Source: a virus (Duplodnaviria; Caudoviricetes). From it: 42,535 bases of DNA. The stretch is taken from positions 1 to 42,535 of the IMG/VR virus record IMGVR_UViG_3300036783_000100; one strand, 5' to 3'. Made by a program: the position numbers and the translations under genes. Below the pieces are notes generated by a model that saw only the letters and a list, made by a program, of their open reading frames with translations, was not told the DNA's origin and did not search any database. Below are positions 1 to 8,021 of the stretch, piece after piece (position 1 is the first letter of the stretch; every line of letters starts with the position of its first letter).

Positions 1-351
1 TGCCTCCCTGAGATCGACCACCGACTTCTGCTCGTCCCAGTCGCTGACCGCGACGGCGTGCCGGAAGGCACTGACGACGAGGTTCATCGAGCGGAGGTTG
101 AGGATTTCCTCATTGCCCTCGAGGATCGTATTCCCAGTTACTCCGGCTCCGACCAGCCGCCGCAGCGCGGGGAAGACGACCGTGTCGCCGGATTTGCGGG
201 TGAGATCCTCGCGGACTTGTATTAGGGAGCCCGTGCTGGTCCCCATATATTTTGCGAACTGATTTCGGCGCACATACTCGCTAAAGAAATCACTGTCCCA
301 TATAAGTGGAGTCAGGCCTTGTCTGGCCGGTGTTACATTCATGTCCGCCAT
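1..351 (-). CDS. Major capsid protein, 5' part, intron-less allele (runs off the window edge)
   Basis: Manual translation from ATG 351 (SD AGGAG): MADMNVTPARQGLTPLIWDSDFFSEYVRRNQFAKYMGTSTGSLIQVREDL...DLREA, 117 codons. Amino acids are identical to the spliced copy at 40848-42210. Confidence 0.93.
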   Translation of the reverse strand, partial: MADMNVTPARQGLTPLIWDSDFFSEYVRRNQFAKYMGTSTGSLIQVREDLTRKSGDTVVFPALRRLVGAGVTGNTILEGNEEILNLRSMNLVVSAFRHAVAVSDWDEQKSVVDLREA

Positions 352-605
352 GCGGACTTCTCCTGTCGCTGAGGTTGAGGGGTTGCATTACGGATTTACT
401 TGTCAGCAACGCCCGTAACCTCGGCGGCAGGAGACGCCCGTTAAGCCCGGCGGCGGCTTGCACTGATGACGCGCAGTGCGACGCGGAACGCCCGGTTATT
501 CCCCCGGCGGCGGGGCAGGCACGGCACGCTATTGGTGGGACCGACACACTGGCATGCGCCGGTCCCTAACCAACGGACAGGAGTGACCAAGGCCGTTGGT
601 TATCG
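352..605 (-). ncRNA. Structured capsid mRNA leader (two hairpins, three tandem pseudoknot-like motifs, anti-SD hairpin), allele A
   Basis: Stem-GCCGCCG-stem-linker-GGGCGU occurs 3 times (489-515, 435-459, 410-431). Hairpins 537-566 and 567-602 covary with allele B. Confidence 0.7.
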
Positions 606-1478
606 CTACGCCTGGCGCCGCGCGTGCTGCGGCCTACGCAGGATGTCGTCCATTGAGGGCGGCCCGGTGAACGCCGTTGTGGTCCTACCCGCCATGCTGC
701 GCACGCCGGCGAGCGATGGCGCCATGCCGGCCACTGGCGATGGCCGCTGCGCGCCATTGCCGGGCTGCTGCGCCTCGGCCTCCCACTTCGTACGCTCCTC
801 GGCCACCACGCGCGCGCGGTAGGCTGCCGGATCGTCGCCGATCTCGGCGTGCGCGCGGAGGCGGTCGATCTCCTTGGTCATCCACGCGTAGGGCGACGCC
901 TGGCCATACAGCTTGCCCCACAGGCTCGGATCTTTGTCCGCATGCGCCTTGAAGTCGGCCACGTATTTGTCGAGTTCCGGCTTGCCGATTTTGTCGGTGA
1001 TCAGCGCCTCCGACATATTCAGCCGCTCGTTGAGCAGGTTCCGCTGGTGCTCCATCTGTAGATACCGGAACGCGCCGACCGGATCGATCGCCGGATCGGG
1101 CGGCGGCAGGTATTGCACCTGCGGCTGTGACGGCGGCGGCGGTGCGGCCTGCTGCTTCTGGAACGCCTCCAACTGCTGCGCCAGTAGATCCGCCTTGGCC
1201 TTCTCGGCAGCAGCCTTGGATTTCCAGTCATTGCGCATCTGCACGTGCGTTGCCAGCGGCACGGTGCGGTCAGCCATGTGTTCAGCAATTGCCGCGTCCT
1301 CGTCCGGCTCCTTAGCCTCGCGCGCCGGCTCTGGCGTGGGCGTGGGCGGCTTCGGCTCGCCGGGTTGTGGTTCGGGTGCCGGCGTCGGCTCGGCCGGCTG
1401 TGGTGGCTCCTGGGGCGTCTGCGGCATGGTCTCGCCGGGCGCGGCCAGAAACTGGTCGAGTGCTGCATTCTCTGCCAT
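606..1478 (-). CDS. Capsid scaffolding protein
   Basis: 290 aa, Pro/Gln-rich and helical, located between portal and capsid genes. Confidence 0.75.
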   Translation of the reverse strand: MAENAALDQFLAAPGETMPQTPQEPPQPAEPTPAPEPQPGEPKPPTPTPEPAREAKEPDEDAAIAEHMADRTVPLATHVQMRNDWKSKAAAEKAKADLLAQQLEAFQKQQAAPPPPSQPQVQYLPPPDPAIDPVGAFRYLQMEHQRNLLNERLNMSEALITDKIGKPELDKYVADFKAHADKDPSLWGKLYGQASPYAWMTKEIDRLRAHAEIGDDPAAYRARVVAEERTKWEAEAQQPGNGAQRPSPVAGMAPSLAGVRSMAGRTTTAFTGPPSMDDILRRPQHARRQA

Positions 1479-1491
1479 GGGGGTGGTCCTG

Positions 1492-3717
1492 TTACTGCGA
1501 GGGCGTCGTCTGCCCCGGCTGCGGGATCGGCGTGCGTGTGAGCCGGTTCGTCTGCACCATGGTGTTCGCGGCCTGGTGCAGCGTGTGGAACGTATCCGCC
1601 TGCGTCGCCGCGGTCTCGTGCGGCACCTGCCCGATCTTCGCCGCCTGCAGCGCCGCGTCAGCCTGCGTCTTCTGCACGTTGGCCTGCGCCTGCTGAATGT
1701 CCGCGTGCTTCTTGGCCAGGTCCGCGATGTGGTGCGCCAGCGCTACGTCCGGCGGCATCTGCGCGCCAGGATCGGACGCGCCCGGCGGGTTGTCCGGCGC
1801 CACGTTCGGCTGCCCGTAGGGGTCGGCGCTGAAGTCGGCGTGGATGTCGTGGACACCGCGCGCGGCGTTGACCTTGCGCTCCTGTGCCAATGCCATATTC
1901 GCCGCCGCCTGGCCCTGGTCCTTGGCGATGCCCGCCTGCGCCTGCTGCGCCTTCACCTGCGCCACCTGCTGACCCATCTGCGCCTGCTGCTGCTGGTGCT
2001 GCTTCATGCGCTCCAGGATCGCGTCCTTGTCCCGCAGGCTGCTCGCGGCAATCAACACGTCGCCCGGTATCAGGCCCGGCTGAATGCTCGCCAGTTGCAC
2101 CAACGTTTGGAAAGTTTCGGCCTGTAGCGCCGGCACGTCCTGGCCCTCGGCGACGGTGATATCCACATCCATGTCGGTGATGTCGTTCTGCACGCCGACC
2201 ACCTGCTGCAACCGCGGATCGCCCGGCTGGAGCTGCATCTGCTGCATCGCCATCGCGCGCTGCTGCTCCGGCATTTCCGCCAGTTTGTCCTGCAGCGTTA
2301 CCTGCCGATTAATGCCGACCCATCTCGTTTCATTGAGATCGTCCGTCACCCGCACCCACTTGCCCGCGGTCCAATATTCCCGCGCCGCCTGCCAGCACAT
2401 CTCGTAAACCCGCCGCGCCCACATGCGCAGGCTGTCAGCCAGCGGCTCGTTCTGCGTCGCACCGCCGGCCTGCTGTGCCAGGATCGCGCGCCCGCTCAGC
2501 TCCCGCGGGTCAGTGCCGCTCATCGCAGCATTCGGCCCGCTCAGCTGCATCTCCTGCACCGCGTGCTGCAGCAGTTGGAACTGGCCCTGCGCCACCACGT
2601 TGCCGTCCGCCACCTCGAATTTCATGCCGGGCGTGACTTCGACGTAGCCGTCCGGCCGCGCCACCTCGCGCCGCGCCTTGTCCACGTCCTGCACTGCGCC
2701 CTGCTCGGCAATGACCTGATGCACCGCCATCTGGTGAATGGCCTTGGAGAACGCCTTATTGATCATGTCCTGCGGCGAGATCAGGTCGCGCATCATGCCG
2801 TAACGCGTGTTGTCCAGCGCGGTGTAACTGCTCTGCAGGATCAGCGGGCAGCCGCTCTTGCCGTGCCGGTCTTTGAACCGCGACCGCTGCGGCTCGGTCA
2901 GGTAACCCGAGCGCGTATACGTCGCACTCCACCACTCGCCACGCTCCGACCAGTGGCACTGAACGACGCGGCACCGCGTGCGCTGGCTGTCGGTCCACGT
3001 CAGATATTCAGGCCGATCGTCGTACTGCGTCGCGTCGTTGTGTGAGAACGATGTGTCGATGACATCGCCAGCGTCTGGATACAGCTCCAGCAGCTGGTCC
3101 TTGTCCATCCAGATGACGATGCCCTTGTAGCGCGCATCGAGGAAATCATCCTGCCGGCTGTGCGGGTCATACCAGATGCGGTCCCACGGCACCTGCTTCA
3201 GCGTTATGTCCGCGCCGCCCTTGCCATCGTCCTCAAGCCCGACCTCGAGGCCGCCGAACCCCTCGACCAGCATTTCATTGAACACGTTGCTGCGCAGCGG
3301 CTGAAAGTCGTTGTTGTCGGCGATGTAGCGCAATGCCTGCGTCGCGGCGTCGGCGCGGTCGTCCTCGGTCGGCGTGCGCGGGAACGCCTTGGGATCAGTG
3401 CGCGCCTTGCGTTCCAGGCCGCACAGGATGTCGATCTTGCGCCGGCAGTGATTGAACGTGATCGGTGGCTGATGGCGGTCGTTGAGGGTTTTTAGTTCGG
3501 CGTCGGTCCACTGCACGCCGTCGACGTATTGGCGGCACAGCTCTGATTGCCGGCGGCTGTCCATGCTGGCGCGCTCGGCCTCTTCGAACCACCGGATCAG
3601 GCGGGTAAGCTGCTCGTCGAGGCCGCGCGGAAAGTCCGCGCCGTCGCCGTTGTATTCGGCGACAGCCACGGGCCAGTCGTTGCGGCGGCCGGCGATAGCT
3701 GGGAGGGATTGCGACAT
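1492..3717 (-). CDS. Portal protein (P22-like)
   Basis: 741 aa; YVDGVQWT...PPITFN, G(M)MRDLISPQDMINK, SGRAILAQQ motifs and a Gln-rich barrel; follows the terminase gene. Confidence 0.9.
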   Translation of the reverse strand: MSQSLPAIAGRRNDWPVAVAEYNGDGADFPRGLDEQLTRLIRWFEEAERASMDSRRQSELCRQYVDGVQWTDAELKTLNDRHQPPITFNHCRRKIDILCGLERKARTDPKAFPRTPTEDDRADAATQALRYIADNNDFQPLRSNVFNEMLVEGFGGLEVGLEDDGKGGADITLKQVPWDRIWYDPHSRQDDFLDARYKGIVIWMDKDQLLELYPDAGDVIDTSFSHNDATQYDDRPEYLTWTDSQRTRCRVVQCHWSERGEWWSATYTRSGYLTEPQRSRFKDRHGKSGCPLILQSSYTALDNTRYGMMRDLISPQDMINKAFSKAIHQMAVHQVIAEQGAVQDVDKARREVARPDGYVEVTPGMKFEVADGNVVAQGQFQLLQHAVQEMQLSGPNAAMSGTDPRELSGRAILAQQAGGATQNEPLADSLRMWARRVYEMCWQAAREYWTAGKWVRVTDDLNETRWVGINRQVTLQDKLAEMPEQQRAMAMQQMQLQPGDPRLQQVVGVQNDITDMDVDITVAEGQDVPALQAETFQTLVQLASIQPGLIPGDVLIAASSLRDKDAILERMKQHQQQQAQMGQQVAQVKAQQAQAGIAKDQGQAAANMALAQERKVNAARGVHDIHADFSADPYGQPNVAPDNPPGASDPGAQMPPDVALAHHIADLAKKHADIQQAQANVQKTQADAALQAAKIGQVPHETAATQADTFHTLHQAANTMVQTNRLTRTPIPQPGQTTPSQ

Positions 3718-3898
3718 GGGACCCGATAAGGAAACCAGGAAGCGGTTAGAGAAGGTAATGCAAGCCAGGGATCAGCTGCTGGAAGACCTTGAGCATCCGG
3801 ATATTCAAGAACTGATGCGGTGGCGACCGCTGCTGGCGCCAGACCGGCTTGAGGCTCTCAAGGAGTGGCTGCGCGGCCTCTGCATCAAGGAGGACTGA
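3716..3898 (+). CDS. Small hypothetical protein antisense to the packaging operon (60 aa)
   Basis: GGGAGGG SD before ATG 3716; MGPDKETRKRLEKVMQARDQLLEDLEHP... fills the otherwise empty gap before the portal gene. Confidence 0.5.
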   Translation: MGPDKETRKRLEKVMQARDQLLEDLEHPDIQELMRWRPLLAPDRLEALKEWLRGLCIKED

Positions 3899-4079
3899 TC
3901 GTTGGCACCTGCTTGCGTGCCGCCTGCATCACATCCGCAAGCCAACCGCGCAGCCATTCGCGCTCGAGCTTGTGGCCCTCGCGCGCGGCAGAGGCCAGCA
4001 TCTGGTCGGTCCAGCTATCAAGCTCCGCGCCGACAGCGCGCTGGAACTCGGCGCCCGACATCGGGTGTTCCTCGGTCAT
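3885..4079 (-). CDS. Hypothetical protein
   Basis: ATGA overlap with the terminase stop; MTEEHPMSGAEFQRAVG... Confidence 0.6.
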   Translation of the reverse strand: MTEEHPMSGAEFQRAVGAELDSWTDQMLASAAREGHKLEREWLRGWLADVMQAARKQVPTISPP

Positions 4080-5530
4080 GCAACGCGCCATCCTCTCGGT
4101 TCGTCATCTTGCCCTGCTCTGGCAAAAGCGGCATCCCAACTGTCGCGCACCACCGGCTTCGCCGCATCCTGCACGAACGGACGCGACATACATGCGTATC
4201 TACACGCATCGACCGAGTGATCTTCCGCATCCGTATCGATATCTTCAGGCCTGGCATCATCGTGCTGCATCGCGGGAAGCGTACGAATGAGATCACGCGC
4301 CGTCGAGAAGAACAGGATCATGGGCTTACCGTCCGCATCGCCCACCAGCCGCGAGCGCACCTGATCCCAGCCCCCCATCGCACCACGCTGCGGCACCCGT
4401 TTGTTGTCCGCCGGGCGGAAATACACGCCCTGGCCCATCATCCTCTGCGCGATCGACGGGCCGCCGTCCTCGGCGAACATCGCGGGATCAGCAACGCCGG
4501 TCATCGTGCCGGGGTCGTCGCGCTCGCGTTCCCGTATCCCCGAGGCGACGGCCTCCGCGGTCATCTTCAGCCCAACGTTGGGCTCGTTTGGTTTCATCCC
4601 ATACCATTCGCGATACAGCACCAGCGCGCCGCGGGCGATGTCGGGCAGGCTGCCATCGGACACCGCCCACCACTGGCAGCAGAACGGCCGCGCAGATCCC
4701 CAGTCGAAGCTGCGAAACCGCGCCCAGTGCCCGGGCAGCGAGCGCGGTGCAATGACGTGACGCTCCATGCTGAACTCGGGGAAGAAAGCGCCGCTAACAA
4801 CGGACCAGTCGCCCTCGAGCCAGGCGCGCACCAGCTCGGGACTGCCGCTGGCCTTGAGGCGCTGCACATAGTCGGGGCCGAGATAGGCGTTGTCCGCCAC
4901 GCGCGACGGGATGTATGTGCGCTGCAGGCCAGTCTTAGTGTCGCGGATCAGCTTCCAGCCACGTGGTGCCGGGTCGATGTACCTACTGCGCACCCACTGA
5001 TGCCCAGGCCCGCCAGGGTTGCCCGTTAACCGCATGCCGACCGGAACCCCTGCGCCTGACCTGAGCGTGGCCATGAGCTTCATGATCGGCGCCAACGAGG
5101 GGAAGTTGCCCGCCTCCTCGACGTACACACGAGTGTATGACGCGCCCTGATGCACCTCGGCATCAGCGTCGCGGTCCAGATAGGCATAGGTGATGCGCGC
5201 GCCGTTGGGCATGGTGAACCGCATCGGGTTGATCGTCGCGGTGGCGCCGAGCTTGCTGTAGATCACACGCGCACGTTCGAACGTCTCCAGCAGTTCGGTG
5301 CGGGTGCGGCGTACCATCAGGCCGATTGCGTTCGGGCCGTGCTCGGCGGCGTGGCTGACCCACTCTCCCAGCACAGCGTCGGTCTTACCGCCGCCGCGGG
5401 CACCGCCGAAGAACACTTCAAAGACGGTGCAGGCGCAGAACGCGGCTTGTGGGCCTTGCTGCGGCGTCCAGGCAGTGCCGTGGCCGTCGTCCTCCGGCTC
5501 AGCAGCCGATATCCCCGTCAGGCTCAGCAT
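4076..5530 (-). CDS. terL: Terminase large subunit
   Basis: Walker A GGARGGGKT, Walker B VYVEEA, LTGNPGG coupling motif, nuclease motifs FDWG and EDHSVDACRY. Confidence 0.95.
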   Translation of the reverse strand: MLSLTGISAAEPEDDGHGTAWTPQQGPQAAFCACTVFEVFFGGARGGGKTDAVLGEWVSHAAEHGPNAIGLMVRRTRTELLETFERARVIYSKLGATATINPMRFTMPNGARITYAYLDRDADAEVHQGASYTRVYVEEAGNFPSLAPIMKLMATLRSGAGVPVGMRLTGNPGGPGHQWVRSRYIDPAPRGWKLIRDTKTGLQRTYIPSRVADNAYLGPDYVQRLKASGSPELVRAWLEGDWSVVSGAFFPEFSMERHVIAPRSLPGHWARFRSFDWGSARPFCCQWWAVSDGSLPDIARGALVLYREWYGMKPNEPNVGLKMTAEAVASGIRERERDDPGTMTGVADPAMFAEDGGPSIAQRMMGQGVYFRPADNKRVPQRGAMGGWDQVRSRLVGDADGKPMILFFSTARDLIRTLPAMQHDDARPEDIDTDAEDHSVDACRYACMSRPFVQDAAKPVVRDSWDAAFARAGQDDEPRGWRVA

Positions 5531-5960
5531 TGGCTTCGATAACGTCCTGTGGCGCGTAAAGTTTGAGCCAGTCCTGTGCGCTCTCGATCGGCGACGGCGT
5601 GCGCACGACGTAGCTGATCGGCCGGTTAGGATCGCTGCCCAACTCGACGTGGTCTTTCTGGCCGAGTAGTTGCTTGCCGAGCCAGATCAGCATGGTGGCG
5701 TTGCCGTTGTTCGCTTGCTGCCACTGGAGGCGACGCAGTGTGGCGCGGCCGTGGTTCAGTCCCTCCTCGATATCGGCGCGCAGCGTCTCGTCCGCCTTCA
5801 ATGCGTTGTAGAGCGTAGCTGGCGAGACGCCGAGGACTGCGGCGATTTCGTCGCGGGTGCAGCCGATCGAGGCGGCGCGCTTGGCGACCTCGGCGTCGAT
5901 GACCTTGGGCGGTGCGCCGCCTTCGCCCGGTAGTGGGCCACGTCGCTTGACGACTGGCAT
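5499..5960 (-). CDS. terS: Terminase small subunit
   Basis: N-terminal HTH (EIAAVLGVSPATLY), GNATMLIWLGKQLLGQKD motif; directly upstream of terL. Confidence 0.85.
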   Translation of the reverse strand: MPVVKRRGPLPGEGGAPPKVIDAEVAKRAASIGCTRDEIAAVLGVSPATLYNALKADETLRADIEEGLNHGRATLRRLQWQQANNGNATMLIWLGKQLLGQKDHVELGSDPNRPISYVVRTPSPIESAQDWLKLYAPQDVIEANAEPDGDIGC

Positions 5961-5963
5961 CGG

Positions 5964-6665
5964 CTACGCGGCCTCTTGCGGTTGGAGCGTGTGGGTCGGT
6001 GCTGCCCCGCCGCCGGGCGCGGGGTGCGCGTCCGTCGCCTGCTTCACACGCTTTGGATAGGGCTTTGCCAGGGGCGCGATGCGTGCGCGCATTTCGGCAT
6101 CGAGGGGGAGTAAATAGCGGTGCTTAACCCCTGCAACAACACGCGCCGCCCTAGCGTCCACATGAGCGCGAAGCCACGGAACTGACTGACCACCAATCCC
6201 GTATCTAGAATGCAGCGTCTTGGGATGCACCATCACGCCACGCACACGATAAGCGTGTGTCTCGCTGCCTCCTGAGTAAAGCCACCCAGCAGCTTGATAT
6301 ATACCGCCGTGGTGACCTTGTGCTGTATCAGCAAACGACACGATTAGCCTAATTCCTGGGCAACGAGTGCGCAACATCGAAACGGCTATTCGGATAACCC
6401 GAGAAACAGCTGCACTATGCCGTGTCAACGCAATGCGCGTTAACTCGCACACCTGGGTTCCGTTCAGGCCGTATGGTCTGCACAATTCTGGCGTGGCGCC
6501 TTGGCCAAACATCACAGCGCCAACGAATTTGCCATCTTCCCACACGCCTAGCCTAACGGCCTTAAAGACGGGCGTTCTGCGGGAGTAGTGCCAACGCTCG
6601 CAGGCATATCGAGCAGCCGCGTGGCTACACCAATCAAGCCTCAGCTCAAGCTGGGCTGAAGACAT
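5964..6665 (-). CDS. Mom-family DNA (adenine) modification protein, GNAT fold
   Basis: WHYS, ELTRIAL and IVSFADTAQGHHGGIYQAAGWLYSG resemble phage Mu Mom. Start chosen at MSSAQLELRLDW. Confidence 0.75.
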   Translation of the reverse strand: MSSAQLELRLDWCSHAAARYACERWHYSRRTPVFKAVRLGVWEDGKFVGAVMFGQGATPELCRPYGLNGTQVCELTRIALTRHSAAVSRVIRIAVSMLRTRCPGIRLIVSFADTAQGHHGGIYQAAGWLYSGGSETHAYRVRGVMVHPKTLHSRYGIGGQSVPWLRAHVDARAARVVAGVKHRYLLPLDAEMRARIAPLAKPYPKRVKQATDAHPAPGGGAAPTHTLQPQEAA

Positions 6666-7173
6666 GGCCGCACTCTGGGCAGGTAACTGGCGCCCGCTCA
6701 TCAAGCCGCCCCTGTTGATCCTCGCCGACAGGAGCAAAGTCAGGTTCATTCAGTAAATCCGCTAGTTCATCATCGCTGAACCCGATCAGCGACACGTCGA
6801 AGTCCAGGCCACGCAGTGCGTCCAGCTCGCCGGCCAGCAGCGCCTCGTCCCAGCCGGCATTCAGCGCCAGCTTGTTGTCGGCGAGGGCGAGGGCGCGGCG
6901 CTGTGCGTCGGACAGGCCGGCGAGCGTGATGGTCGGCACCTCGGCCATGCCAAGGCTGCGCGCGGCCTCAAGGCGGCCGTGGCCGGCGATGATGGTGGCG
7001 TGCTCGTCGATCAGGATCGGGTTGGTCCAGCCGAACTCACGGACGGAACGAACCAGTTGCGCGATCTGGGCCTGCGAGTGCGTGCGGGCGTTGCGATCGG
7101 CCGGCGCGATTGAAGTAATAGGTGAGTAAATCACCGTAAGTCTTTTAGAATGCTCCAAGAAGTTGCCGCTCAT
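6646..7173 (-). CDS. ParB/Srx N-terminal domain protein with C-terminal Zn-ribbon half motif
   Basis: RNARTHS..QIAQL..S.REFGWTNPILID...IIAGHGRLEAA...ADNKL, ending CPECGHVF. Confidence 0.85.
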   Translation of the reverse strand: MSGNFLEHSKRLTVIYSPITSIAPADRNARTHSQAQIAQLVRSVREFGWTNPILIDEHATIIAGHGRLEAARSLGMAEVPTITLAGLSDAQRRALALADNKLALNAGWDEALLAGELDALRGLDFDVSLIGFSDDELADLLNEPDFAPVGEDQQGRLDERAPVTCPECGHVFSPA

Positions 7174-7340
7174 ATCCGCCCCAGCAACAGCAGAATGAGC
7201 AGCACGACCAGCACCACGCCAACCAATCCGATACCGTAACCGTAATACGGATATCCCCCATAGCCGCCGCGGTATCCCCAGCCGCCGCCCACGACGACGA
7301 GGATGAGCAACACGACGAGGATCAGCATGAGCGGGCTCAT
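7170..7340 (-). CDS. Small two-TM membrane protein (DUF3309-like), 56 aa
   Basis: Not in the ORF track. Manual translation MSPLMLILVVLLILVVVGGGWGYRGGYGGYPYYGYGIGLVGVVLVVLLILLLLGRI; GAGGTGAGGT SD; ATGA overlap with the ParB-like gene. Confidence 0.8.
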   Translation of the reverse strand: MSPLMLILVVLLILVVVGGGWGYRGGYGGYPYYGYGIGLVGVVLVVLLILLLLGRI

Positions 7341-7373
7341 GGCGTGGTCACCTCACCTCCGAAAATAGTGTGC

Positions 7374-7419
7374 GTCACGTGACTTTATCCTTGACTGTCA
7401 CGTGACGATACGCTATGTT
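7374..7419 (+). promoter_or_regulatory. Sigma70-type promoter with two palindromic operators GTCACGTGAC
   Basis: TTGACT (7391-7396), 17 bp, TATGTT (7414-7419). Perfect 10-bp palindromes at 7374-7383 and 7397-7406. Confidence 0.7.
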
Positions 7420-7455
7420 CTGGTCATCGAAACAGAGCAACCCGGAGACAGACAG

Positions 7456-7728
7456 ATGACAAAGTTCAACGTTGGCCAGACCTACTCTGACCGTTCCATC
7501 GGCGACTACAACTGCATTTTCTCCTTCACCATCCTCGCTCGCACTGCGAAGTCGGTGACGGTGAATGTTTCGGGCAAGACAGTACGGCGCGGGCTGTCGG
7601 TATGGAACGGCGTGGAGCAATTCAAGCCTTTCGGTTCCTACTCGATGTGCTCGGTGGTCAGTGCCGACGCCAAAGACCTGAGCAAGCGGCGGCCTGAGGG
7701 CCGCTTCCTTTCCCCCAACGCGGAGTAA
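7456..7728 (+). CDS. Hypothetical protein (moron gene 1)
   Basis: GGAG SD; MTKFNVGQTYSDRSIGDYNCIFSF...; downstream of the promoter. Confidence 0.7.
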   Translation: MTKFNVGQTYSDRSIGDYNCIFSFTILARTAKSVTVNVSGKTVRRGLSVWNGVEQFKPFGSYSMCSVVSADAKDLSKRRPEGRFLSPNAE

Positions 7729-7733
7729 CGAGC

Positions 7734-8021
7734 ATGAGCGAGCGCGTGACTGATCTGCGGCAGGCGTCGGTTAACGAGATGCTGCGGCATCTTGGCGGTC
7801 TGGTCGAGGCGATCCAGCGCAGCAACGAGCGGTTTATCCGCCAGGATCGTGAGTTGGGCGAGCTCCACACCAAAGTCGACCGGCTGCTGACGGAGATGCG
7901 CAACGGCTTTCGGGATGTGCGATCCGATCTGGTGGCGATGGAGAACCGGCTGCTGACTGCTGAGCACAAGGCAGCGCGTTCCGAGCTTCTGCCGCGCGCG
8001 GGTGACGACGATGCCGCGTAG
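7734..8021 (+). CDS. Coiled-coil hypothetical protein (moron gene 2)
   Basis: GGAG SD; heptad-like helical sequence. Confidence 0.7.
   Translation: MSERVTDLRQASVNEMLRHLGGLVEAIQRSNERFIRQDRELGELHTKVDRLLTEMRNGFRDVRSDLVAMENRLLTAEHKAARSELLPRAGDDDAA

Larger units (their letters stand above)
1..685. repeat. Terminal redundancy, allele A (homologous to 41607-42535)
   Basis: 1-39 is identical to 41607-41645 and 603-685 is identical to 42453-42535. The interior differs by synonymous changes, leader changes and the intron. Confidence 0.95.

Noticed and set aside
290-569. ORFs 290-547(-), 306-569(+) and their counterparts 42140-42424 and 42165-42374
   Set aside because: Their ends are not conserved between alleles and they overlap the capsid start. 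Conservation here fits RNA structure better than coding.
913-5029. Long plus-strand ORFs opposite scaffold, portal and terminase (also 9538-10668, 23161-24219, 39286-41834)
   Set aside because: These are antisense shadows expected in high-GC coding DNA; they have no motifs.
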